From positions 1 through 31,776 of the IMG/VR virus record IMGVR_UViG_3300029318_000055: a stretch of 31,776 nucleotides of DNA; one strand, 5' to 3'. Position 1 is the first letter of the stretch; the number at the start of each line of letters is the position of its first letter. Below are positions 8,250 to 17,240 of this stretch, piece by piece. The position numbers were made by a program, and so were the translations under genes. The notes below the pieces were generated by a model. That model did no database searches, was not told the DNA's origin, and saw only the letters and a program-made list of their open reading frames with translations. Origin of the DNA: a virus (Duplodnaviria; Caudoviricetes).

Positions 8250-8252
8250 AAT

Positions 8253-8384
8253 TTATTTTTTAGATTTATTACCCCAGTTTTTTGCTCCTACTTTTCTACA
8301 TTTAGCGATTGCTCCACTAGCATATGCAGAAGGGAAGACTTTATATCTTGCCTTTACTTTTTTGTAACACGCGTCTTTTGCCAT
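8253..8384 (-). CDS. Small basic protein (43 aa, not in ORF track)
   Basis: MAKDACYKKVKARYKVFPSAYASGAIAKCRKVGAKNWGNKSKK; PSAYASG motif recurrent in marine phages; fills the gap exactly. Confidence 0.8.
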   Translation of the reverse strand: MAKDACYKKVKARYKVFPSAYASGAIAKCRKVGAKNWGNKSKK

Positions 8385-8395
8385 AATTTATTTAT

Positions 8396-11300
8396 TTACC
8401 AAGTTTTCTTTCCCCATGTATTTTTTGTCCATGGATTTTTTTTCTTTTCTTTTTTATTCGGTTCAGGGTCAATTTGCCATTTTGGCCACCCTAATAAAAT
8501 CATAATTCTTTGCCAAGTTGCTAAATCAGCATCTGCAACTTCTCTAGCTTCATTTATTGTTCTAATAGCTCTATCTGCAGGTATATTAAAACCAGCTGAT
8601 AATGTTAAAGCAAGTGACATTAATCTAGGATTATCTAAACTTATACCTTCTTTTTTTATTAATTTTTGTTGGAATTCTTCAATATAAGCTACTTGATACC
8701 CTTTACTAATTTTTGAAGAAAATGGTGGTGAAATGTCAAATAATTCATTAACTACTTTATAATAATCTTTTTTGCCTTTTAATTCGCTTCTTCTAATAGC
8801 TTCCATTACAGCATTTTTAATACCAGAAATTACTGCACCTCTTACACCTAAACCTCTTAATATAGAATCTGTCATACCTTTTCTAACATCTCTATATTTT
8901 TTATTACGTCTTTCGTCATCTAAATCATCGTCAAATCCAGCAGCAATTAATGCACTTTGTAATGCGTTAAACATAAAGTTTTGTACAAATCCATAATAAG
9001 CTACCTTAGACATATTGGTTTTCCAATCACCTCTACCATTAACTAAATCTTGTAATGCTCTTTTCTGTAATCTAGCATACTGCATTGGAGTATTAGCAAA
9101 TGCTAATATAACTCTACCTAAACCTCCTGCTTGTTCCATAGATATTTTATCTGCTCTTGACGATTGCTGAGCTTCTTCAGTTAATTCTCTAAAATCTTGG
9201 AATGCTTTAGTTTCAGCTTCTTGTAATGACATACCTTGTTTTACGTATGTATTAGTTCTATTTCTAAAAAATCCTGCACCACCAGAAGCAATTGCAGCAC
9301 TATCAGCCATTCTTGTTAAAATAAATCCTTTATCTAATAGCCATGATATTGCTCCTTGCAACCCGCCTTTACCAGCTTCAGCTAATTCAGCAATTTCATT
9401 TTCATTAATATTAATTTTATTACCACCCCTTCTATTTACAAGATAATCAGAATTAAGTATTCTCATAAAATCTTTCCAATATTGTGGTTGATTTGCAAAT
9501 GCGGCACCTGCTTTTAAAGGATTATTATCTGACCAATTTATATAGTTAACATTTGATATAAGCTGTAATACAGAAGAACGTCTATTAATAAACATTATGG
9601 AACCTACAGAAGCATTTAACCAGTTTAGCCAATTATCTACCTGTCTGTTTCCAGTCATTCTATTACGACCGGTTTCCATTCTTTTCAATATATTTTCTAA
9701 TGCCTCTATATATCTATCACCATATATAGATCTTAGTTTATTCATGTTTTCTTTAGAAAATATTGCATCTCTATTTTCTTTCCATCTTTTTAAATGATAT
9801 TCTCTAACACCAGTTCTAAGATTTGCATATATATCTCCACTTATATTGCTTACGTCCCAACCAGCTCTTGGTTTTCCATAACCTGCAACTCCAACTACAT
9901 TTATTACTTTATCCGCAAACTCACGTAATTCACTATTATTTAATACATAGTTTACAAGCATTTTTTTATCAGTTTCAGTAAGACCTGGAATATCCATACC
10001 TTGTTTATCCCATATATATACTCTTACTGCATGCTCAAATGTATAATCACCATCAGGTGTTTCTTTTTTCAATAACTTAGTTGCTACGCCTTTAAGTTCT
10101 TTCTTTAAGTTTTTCCATCGAGCTGTAACTAATGCTCTTTCTCTATCAATGTTTTCTTCCGCTGCTGCAAATGGTTTCATTAAATTATGATTTATCCACT
10201 CTAAAGCCCTATCTCCTTGTTTTCCTTTAGGTATTAATGCATACATTAATCCTTTGAAATCTTCAGCACTATATGGTATTATTGCATTAAATATACCTCC
10301 AGTTACTCTTTTACCTCTTCGTCTTCCTTTTACATCACTAAATGTTTTTTGTGCTCCAACACCTGTTGTTTGCTCTATAATATCATTAAATTCTGTATTA
10401 AGTGTTTCAGAAGAAGCCTGAAATTTATTTGTAATAACTTTTTCTTCAAATTTAGGGGATGAAAAAAGTGTTGCATCTGCTAAATCTTTTCCTTTATTAA
10501 CTAAAAAATTGCTACCTCTAAATACAAGATTAGGATTACCAGTTGTTTTATTTCTTCCACTAGATCTTACAGAAACATAAACACCAGCCTGCCCATCAAA
10601 CGCGGGTACATTTAAATTATTAGGGTTACTGCCCATATAATACATTCCTTTCCCTCCTATGTATATATAATAAACACCTTTATTATTATAATGATCAATA
10701 ATTTTTTGAACGCCGTCTTTTAACAATATTCTTTGATTACGTAATTTAGCAGGAAATTTTCTTTTAAGTATTTGCCACGTTTCATTAGTATAATTTGTTT
10801 GTGGAAATTTAAATTCTAAATTTGGATCATTTTGCAATTCTTTTGCCATTTCATGCATTTGATAATACACATCAATATTAGACATAATTTCTGGCAAAAT
10901 TTCAGTTAATTCTACTGTTGTAGTTGTTGCAATTCCATTTTTATCAAATTTTACACTACCACTTCCATATTGATCTGATCCATTTAGTTTTACCTCTACA
11001 CCAACATTAGCTTTTTTACCATCTTTATTTATTCTTAATGTTATATCTGTACCAGTTGGACCCATTTTTCCATCACCAAAAGCTGTTAATGTTACTGATT
11101 GTTTATCATTAATAACTTTAACTTGATAAGTTTCAAATGTAACCCCTTTGAATGCTCTAGGTATTTTTAATCCTTGTTTTCTAGCTTCGGTTACAATTTG
11201 TTTGTATACATGTGGAAACTTCTGTTGTATTGTTCCATCCAATATAGCTTCACGTATTTCATATAATGCTTCTGCGTTATTAGCTTCTTCACTAAATTGA

Positions 11301-14300
11301 AAATCAACTCCTCTTTCTATTTTAGCCGCAACTTGTGATAAATAATTATCAGCTATATCTATTTCTTGTGTTTGACCTATTTGTTTAATTTTTTCAAATA
11401 CTTTAGGGTCTCTTAATACATCTAATGTTGCATCAAATGCAACTTCTTGCGCCAATGCTTCCGCTAACGCGGTTTTTCTTGCGCCTCTAGTTGATTTACC
11501 AACATTTTCACCTATAAAGTATTCAACAAATTCTTTTTTAGTTATATCTTTTTTTCTGAATATTGCATTACCTTGTGCAGTTCTTTCTCTTAACTGTTTA
11601 CCATTTTCATCTAAAACTGGTTCCGCAAAAGGTTTAAATCTTTTATTAATAATTGATTGAGGTAATATTTCATATATTAATTTAAAATTATCATTAAGAA
11701 AACTTTCAAATTTTTGTTGAGTACCCATCATGTTTGCCATGGTAGGTTTTAAAAATGTTTTATAGTTTGCTATTAATTTTTTCTTAAATTCTTTTGAAGT
11801 AACTGCAGGTAATTTTGTACCAAAACTTTTAACAACAGCATCTACAACTTTATCAACAACATCTTGCGTTAAATTTAATGATAATCTTAAGCTTGGTCTT
11901 TGTGTATCTTCTTGTACTTCTTCAGTTGTTTGGGCTATACCTCTTTCTTCTGTAATATCTGTTTTAAAATTAGAATCTAAAACTCTATTTGCTACTTCTA
12001 TAACTCTTGAAGGTAAAAATTTATTTATATACGCAGCTAAAGGAACACCTGAATTAGGATTATAATCTCTAATTAAATCTATAACACCTCTTCTACCTGT
12101 TAATATTTCATCAACTAATATATCAGAATTTGTAGCAAATCCAGGTACATCTCTAAATCTTTGAGCATGTTTATTAGCCATACCCTCATATTTTTCTATT
12201 ATTTCAAAAGCACCATCAAATCCTTTATTATCATATATTTCTTGTATCTCATTTGATATTTCAGATTTTTGTATATTATCACCTATTGCTTTTGCTTCTT
12301 TAACAGCTTTTATATCTAAAGCGCCTAATACTTGCTCATTAAGTTTACCATCTTTCATACTCTGTGCATAAGCCTTCATAAAGTTATATACACCTCTACC
12401 GCTTCTAAAATCAATATTATTAAATCCTTTACCAACAAATAATTTTGTAACCCATTCTTTTATTTGCTCGCCAAAATTTAAATCAAATCCTATTCTATTT
12501 TTTCTAATACCTTCAGAAAATACATTTATATATTCTGTATAATATTCTGACGTACCCTCTTTCTTACCCTGCCTGGTCATTTCTTTATCTGTCCATCTTC
12601 TTTGTCTTCTAGTTAAAGTATCTTTAAAATCTTCAACTATAGTTTGCTGGGCTTTAGCATCACCAATCATTGCATTTAATATAGGGTGTAATATTTCATG
12701 ACTACCTACACCAACAGCCCCCTGTTTTAATGCAACTTTTTCATTAATAATTACTTTACCATTACCGATGAAAACACCATTCATGCCGCTTGCATCTTTA
12801 ATTGTTTTGCCAGTTAAATTTTTAACTTTCTTTTTAAAGTCGCTTTCATTTTTTGCTTTAGTAATATTTAACCCTACCTGTGTGGCTGCAATTTCAGCAA
12901 ATGTCATGTCTTCGCCGTAATTTTCTTTTAATGCTTTATCAAACATTGCATCATTTTCTTTTAACAATACATCTATTTCTTTAGCAATAAATTTATCATC
13001 TTTATTTTCATTAAGTGAATTAACGGTATCTACATTTGCTGCATATTTTTGTAAATCTGTTCCCGAAAGATTATCAAGAACTAATCTACTTTTACTTTTT
13101 AATGCATTTATTTTTTTTCCAAGTCTTTTTTGTTGTGATTTTAAACCACCAATTACTTTAGGATCAGCCCCTTTATCTTGTAATTCTTTTATTTTTACTT
13201 CTCTTTCTATAAGTTTTTTATATAAACCGCTTAGTTCTTTTCGAATAGAAGCTGGCATAAGAAGCATTTCAGCTCTTTCTTTTAATATTTGATTACCTGT
13301 AACAGCTTTACTATAACCAGTAATTTTTGCTCCTGTAAAAAACCCTATAATACCTTCATCAACTATGCTATACACATCTTTCATTATAGAACCTTTAATT
13401 ACATTTCCGTTCTCATCAACTTCGCCAAATATACTTCCTTTACCAAAAGTAATTTTACCATTTTCTATTTTTGCATCAAATGTAATTCTATCATTAATTC
13501 TAGTTGCAACTGCTTGCGCTATTTCAGTACCACCTTCTTTAAAACCTACACCAATTACATCTAAAAGTTTTTCTTTAAAGCCTTTTTGCATTTCCTTTAC
13601 TGCTTTTTCTGCTTGCTTACCACCTCCTTTTAATACATTGGCGCTTCGTAAAAATCTTCTAGTAAGATATGCATCAGCTATTTCAATAGCGCCAGTGCCT
13701 GCCGCATTTATACCTAATCTAAATAAACTTTTATCTGGATCTTCGTTAAATTCTTGTATGAATTTATCACCTGCTAAACCAACACCCATTGCTAATGCAG
13801 TATAAGGATTCATTGACGCTAAAGTATATGGCAAGCTTCCAAAACCGTCTGCGAATATTCTACCTCCGATTGTTGCCCAATCAGCGTCAAATCCTTTTGC
13901 TATTTCTTCTGTTATAGTAGTTTCGTGTTGAGATATATATTTTTGAAGAAAATCTCTAGTGTTATCTATTTCTTTTCGTGAAGTTTGTAAAAGTTGAACA
14001 GGTTTAGGTAATAAAAGTTCAAAGAATTTTCCAATACCAGTATCGAATGCTGCGTCTTTTGCTTCTATTCCTGCCTGTACTATTTTTTGTAATCCTTTTT
14101 TTTCTTGCCCGGATAGTTTATCTTTTCCTGTTGCAAATTGTAATGCCCATGATAAAGCGTAAATACCTGCTGTTTCTTCTAAATCTTTAGCATTGTCTAT
14201 GGTCATTTCTATTGAGGTATCTGCAAATTTAGGAAATGCTTCTAGAGCATTAAGAAAAAATCCTTTTGGATCTTCTGTTAACCCTCTTCCAACAGCATAC

Positions 14301-14740
14301 CCCATGCCAATATTCTCTTCATCTAAACTGGTTTCATCCGGTTGTGTAACTGCATCGTAAACACCAACAAAACCTTCGCCAACTTCTTCAAGAACTGGTT
14401 TAGCTATATTTTCACTAGCAAATTGACCCGCAATACCTATTACAGGTGACCCGGGACTTGCCGCTACACCTTTAAGTATAGGTGCAATATAATTTTGTCC
14501 TATATTAGATTCATATATACTATCTAGTAATCCCGAAAAAGAATTTTCCGATTTGGAGACCGTATCGTTTTTTGACCCTACATTTGTCTCCGCACCTGCA
14601 GGGCCTAGTTGAAAATTTTCAGCTTCTTTTAAACCCTTTTCTTGCATTCTTGCAAAATAAGAATCAAAATCCATTCCATAATTTTCTGCAGCTTGTTCAA
14701 GCTGTTGTAAAGTATAAATTCTACCGTTTATTTCGTACAT
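8396..14740 (-). CDS. Giant multidomain internal virion/ejection protein (2114 aa)
   Basis: Third and largest gene after the GNAT, in a T7 gp14-15-16-like position. Contains HEILH, sigma-region-2-like and PD-(D/E)xK-like segments and a helical C-terminal region. Confidence 0.75.
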   Translation of the reverse strand: MYEINGRIYTLQQLEQAAENYGMDFDSYFARMQEKGLKEAENFQLGPAGAETNVGSKNDTVSKSENSFSGLLDSIYESNIGQNYIAPILKGVAASPGSPVIGIAGQFASENIAKPVLEEVGEGFVGVYDAVTQPDETSLDEENIGMGYAVGRGLTEDPKGFFLNALEAFPKFADTSIEMTIDNAKDLEETAGIYALSWALQFATGKDKLSGQEKKGLQKIVQAGIEAKDAAFDTGIGKFFELLLPKPVQLLQTSRKEIDNTRDFLQKYISQHETTITEEIAKGFDADWATIGGRIFADGFGSLPYTLASMNPYTALAMGVGLAGDKFIQEFNEDPDKSLFRLGINAAGTGAIEIADAYLTRRFLRSANVLKGGGKQAEKAVKEMQKGFKEKLLDVIGVGFKEGGTEIAQAVATRINDRITFDAKIENGKITFGKGSIFGEVDENGNVIKGSIMKDVYSIVDEGIIGFFTGAKITGYSKAVTGNQILKERAEMLLMPASIRKELSGLYKKLIEREVKIKELQDKGADPKVIGGLKSQQKRLGKKINALKSKSRLVLDNLSGTDLQKYAANVDTVNSLNENKDDKFIAKEIDVLLKENDAMFDKALKENYGEDMTFAEIAATQVGLNITKAKNESDFKKKVKNLTGKTIKDASGMNGVFIGNGKVIINEKVALKQGAVGVGSHEILHPILNAMIGDAKAQQTIVEDFKDTLTRRQRRWTDKEMTRQGKKEGTSEYYTEYINVFSEGIRKNRIGFDLNFGEQIKEWVTKLFVGKGFNNIDFRSGRGVYNFMKAYAQSMKDGKLNEQVLGALDIKAVKEAKAIGDNIQKSEISNEIQEIYDNKGFDGAFEIIEKYEGMANKHAQRFRDVPGFATNSDILVDEILTGRRGVIDLIRDYNPNSGVPLAAYINKFLPSRVIEVANRVLDSNFKTDITEERGIAQTTEEVQEDTQRPSLRLSLNLTQDVVDKVVDAVVKSFGTKLPAVTSKEFKKKLIANYKTFLKPTMANMMGTQQKFESFLNDNFKLIYEILPQSIINKRFKPFAEPVLDENGKQLRERTAQGNAIFRKKDITKKEFVEYFIGENVGKSTRGARKTALAEALAQEVAFDATLDVLRDPKVFEKIKQIGQTQEIDIADNYLSQVAAKIERGVDFQFSEEANNAEALYEIREAILDGTIQQKFPHVYKQIVTEARKQGLKIPRAFKGVTFETYQVKVINDKQSVTLTAFGDGKMGPTGTDITLRINKDGKKANVGVEVKLNGSDQYGSGSVKFDKNGIATTTTVELTEILPEIMSNIDVYYQMHEMAKELQNDPNLEFKFPQTNYTNETWQILKRKFPAKLRNQRILLKDGVQKIIDHYNNKGVYYIYIGGKGMYYMGSNPNNLNVPAFDGQAGVYVSVRSSGRNKTTGNPNLVFRGSNFLVNKGKDLADATLFSSPKFEEKVITNKFQASSETLNTEFNDIIEQTTGVGAQKTFSDVKGRRRGKRVTGGIFNAIIPYSAEDFKGLMYALIPKGKQGDRALEWINHNLMKPFAAAEENIDRERALVTARWKNLKKELKGVATKLLKKETPDGDYTFEHAVRVYIWDKQGMDIPGLTETDKKMLVNYVLNNSELREFADKVINVVGVAGYGKPRAGWDVSNISGDIYANLRTGVREYHLKRWKENRDAIFSKENMNKLRSIYGDRYIEALENILKRMETGRNRMTGNRQVDNWLNWLNASVGSIMFINRRSSVLQLISNVNYINWSDNNPLKAGAAFANQPQYWKDFMRILNSDYLVNRRGGNKININENEIAELAEAGKGGLQGAISWLLDKGFILTRMADSAAIASGGAGFFRNRTNTYVKQGMSLQEAETKAFQDFRELTEEAQQSSRADKISMEQAGGLGRVILAFANTPMQYARLQKRALQDLVNGRGDWKTNMSKVAYYGFVQNFMFNALQSALIAAGFDDDLDDERRNKKYRDVRKGMTDSILRGLGVRGAVISGIKNAVMEAIRRSELKGKKDYYKVVNELFDISPPFSSKISKGYQVAYIEEFQQKLIKKEGISLDNPRLMSLALTLSAGFNIPADRAIRTINEAREVADADLATWQRIMILLGWPKWQIDPEPNKKEKKKNPWTKNTWGKKTW
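14555..14618 (-). promoter_or_regulatory. Candidate -1 programmed ribosomal frameshift element (slippery heptamer plus H-type pseudoknot)
   Basis: In-frame A_AAT_TTT (14618-14612), spacer CAACTA, stem 1 GGCCCTGCA/TGTAGGGTC, stem 2 GGAGAC/GTCTCC. Confidence 0.65.
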
Positions 14741-14772
14741 AATTATTTAATTTTTCAATTAACGTTTTTTTA

Positions 14773-16161
14773 TTATCCAGGGTTTAAATCATTTGTTAAT
14801 GGATCACCACCAACTACACGACCCGCTTGATTTTGGAAAGTTATTTCTGCAAAACCTTGATCATAACCATCCAGTATTAAAGGTGCAGCACCAGGATTAA
14901 ATAGTTTATTTTGAGGAACAACATTAAAGCCTATATATTTACCTGTTTCTGGGTCTCCAATTGGACTAAAAATTAAACCGGCTTTTAATGCCTCTTGCAT
15001 TGTTAACTGCATTTGTTGAGTAGTCATAAATTTAGTACCATCTTTTTCAGTTATATTTTTAGCAATAAATGCCGATAAAGCTTTAGCCCCTGATTTATAT
15101 TTTTCTGCATTTGCAAGTGCTAATCTTCTAATTTCTGCGGAGCGAGTTTCGTTTGCTTCTTTAGGATCATAATGTTTAGTATTACTTATTGTTTGCAACA
15201 TTAGATCTTGAGTCATGCTGGTTGCTAATGCTTGATTAACTAAATTATTTTGCTCATCTGTATTTTTCCATGAACCCAATCCATTACCCATATTATCTTC
15301 AAAATATTTTCTTCTATCATTTCCAGACAATACTCCGTCTAATCTTGCATTTTTTGTAACAAAATTTACTATTTCATTTTGTTTGGTAGAATCAAATTTT
15401 ACTATGTCTCTACCATCTTCAACAATAGCAGTATGTAATCCTTTACCTTGTGATAATTCTTTTAATCTTAAAACTTCTGTTGTAAAGTTTTTATTTAAAG
15501 CTTGATTATATGAAAGCTCTGGTGTGTAAAATCTAGGGTCGCCAATAACACCTTGTAAAGTAACATTAATTCTTGCATCTTCTTTACCTATATTTTCGGA
15601 CCATGTCCCTACATTTAAAGTTACTTGTCCGTTTTTATCAGTACCTAAAAATACATTACCATCTCTTAGTGATCTTCTTTGTATTTCTGCTGCATATGCT
15701 TGAGGATTATTTCTTAATAATGATAAATCAATATCCTGCCCATCATTCATTTTAGAAATAGTTGACACTTGCTCATTAAAAGTACCTAAATTAGCTAATA
15801 ATGTATTATAATAATTCATTTTTTCAAGATATGTATCTCTATCTATAGCGCCTAACTTATAATCTCTAACAGCATTACCATATCCTTCTTTCTGTTCTAT
15901 AATCCATTTTTGGTTATGTAGCCTGGCTTTACCTATATTTTCATTTAATGCTGCTTGATATTTTTGTTCAGCTATCGCAGATGTAGTATTTGCCGCGTCT
16001 AATTTTTGTTTTTCTTTTTGTTTTTTAATTTGAAGTGCTGAACCTATTTGAACGGTTGCACCAGCTAAACCCTCTCCTAATCCACCTTTATATTTTATAG
16101 GTGTTGGGTTTGCATATTGCCCGTAATTATATGTTCCGTAACTAACTTTTGGTAAACTCAT
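14773..16161 (-). CDS. Putative internal virion/ejection protein (462 aa)
   Basis: Position; N-terminal G/Y-rich segment followed by a helical Q/K-rich region. Confidence 0.6.
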   Translation of the reverse strand: MSLPKVSYGTYNYGQYANPTPIKYKGGLGEGLAGATVQIGSALQIKKQKEKQKLDAANTTSAIAEQKYQAALNENIGKARLHNQKWIIEQKEGYGNAVRDYKLGAIDRDTYLEKMNYYNTLLANLGTFNEQVSTISKMNDGQDIDLSLLRNNPQAYAAEIQRRSLRDGNVFLGTDKNGQVTLNVGTWSENIGKEDARINVTLQGVIGDPRFYTPELSYNQALNKNFTTEVLRLKELSQGKGLHTAIVEDGRDIVKFDSTKQNEIVNFVTKNARLDGVLSGNDRRKYFEDNMGNGLGSWKNTDEQNNLVNQALATSMTQDLMLQTISNTKHYDPKEANETRSAEIRRLALANAEKYKSGAKALSAFIAKNITEKDGTKFMTTQQMQLTMQEALKAGLIFSPIGDPETGKYIGFNVVPQNKLFNPGAAPLILDGYDQGFAEITFQNQAGRVVGGDPLTNDLNPG

Positions 16162-16237
16162 ATTTTTATTATTTATTATAATCCTGTAACGCCGCTTGGC
16201 GTAAGTGTACTAACTGGACTTACCGATTGACGTGCCT

Positions 16238-16840
16238 CTACCCCCCCGCTCCAATCATTGCAGAGCCTATTTGTCCAGCCGCGGCCGAAATATTAGATCC
16301 CATTGCTCCTAACGCATCCATTCTTTGTTGTCCAAATTGTTGTTGTAATCCTGCTAATCTAGCTATATCTGCAACTTCTCTTCCTTCTCGTGCTTGGAAC
16401 ATAAACGACCTACCCATTACATCTGCATCTTGAACTCTTTGCGCTTGTTGTAATTGTAATTGTTGTAATTGTTGTTCGCCTTGTGCTCTTAATCTTGCGT
16501 TTTGCGCCTCTTGTTGTTCAATTGTAGCTGCAACACCTTGTTTGCTTGCCAAAGCTGCTTGTGCTAATGCGGTTGCACCACCTGCACCAGCGCCTGTGCT
16601 TCTAATGGTATCTAATGTATTAGCTAAAGACATATCCGCTTGTTCTGCTTGCATTTCCGCCGCACCAGTTGCTACTTGTAGATTTGCAAATGGATTACTT
16701 AACATGCCTGATAAATCTGATACGTTTTGATATGGGTTTATAATTTGCTGTCTACTTGCTAAAGCTGCATTTAAATCATCTTTTGCAGCAAGTTGCTGTT
16801 TTCTAGCCTTTCGGGCTGCTATTGCGCTAAATACTGCCAT
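16238..16840 (-). CDS. Putative small ejection protein (A/Q/G-rich, T7 gp14/P22 gp7-like role)
   Basis: Composition (GAGGATALAQAA, poly-Q helix) and position after the GNAT. Confidence 0.65.
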   Translation of the reverse strand: MAVFSAIAARKARKQQLAAKDDLNAALASRQQIINPYQNVSDLSGMLSNPFANLQVATGAAEMQAEQADMSLANTLDTIRSTGAGAGGATALAQAALASKQGVAATIEQQEAQNARLRAQGEQQLQQLQLQQAQRVQDADVMGRSFMFQAREGREVADIARLAGLQQQFGQQRMDALGAMGSNISAAAGQIGSAMIGAGG

Positions 16841-16841
16841 G

Positions 16842-17240
16842 CTATAAATTTTTAATTATTTCGTGTGATGGTTTTTTATCAACATCCCATCCTAAATCTT
16901 CGTGTATTTTTAATAAATTTTTGTGACGTACAAAAGAAAATATATGTTTGATTCCTTGATCCTTTAAAACGGTCTCTGTGGCTTGAATTAACAGCCTTAT
17001 CGCGTCTTTTCTGTCACTTTCTCTGTACTCTGGGTTAGATACTACCCAATCAAAAATAGCGGTCTTAGAATTCGTCATATAAACATAAGCCGAAACTATA
17101 CCAACATTGTTTTTTTCTACTATAAAACCAGTGTCTGGTAAAAGTGTTTTAGGTGGGGCTTCCCAGCCTGGCCACCAATTCCACCATTTAACTAATGTTT
17201 CATAGTCTGACTCTTCGAGTCTGCGTATATTTAATTTCAT
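16842..17240 (-). CDS. GNAT-fold acetyltransferase-like protein (T7 gp13-like position)
   Basis: IRRLEESDYETL...GFIVE...DWVVSNPEYR...DLGW pattern. Confidence 0.75.
   Translation of the reverse strand: MKLNIRRLEESDYETLVKWWNWWPGWEAPPKTLLPDTGFIVEKNNVGIVSAYVYMTNSKTAIFDWVVSNPEYRESDRKDAIRLLIQATETVLKDQGIKHIFSFVRHKNLLKIHEDLGWDVDKKPSHEIIKNL

Noticed and set aside
8226-8687. 153-aa + strand ORF and other antisense ORFs (e.g. 13365-13805, 18847-19263, 3867-4217)
   Set aside because: Shadows of real genes on the opposite strand; F/L/I/S-rich composition mirrors Lys/Glu codons.
8396-14740. Giant protein as a crAss/phi14:2-type virion RNA polymerase
   Set aside because: Size and position fit, but I found no DFDxD-type catalytic motif in a plausible context; MDFDS and FDDDLDD are terminal or low-complexity.
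16430-16520. CAA/TTA-rich short repeats
   Set aside because: Simply encode the Gln/Leu helix of the 200-aa ejection protein.
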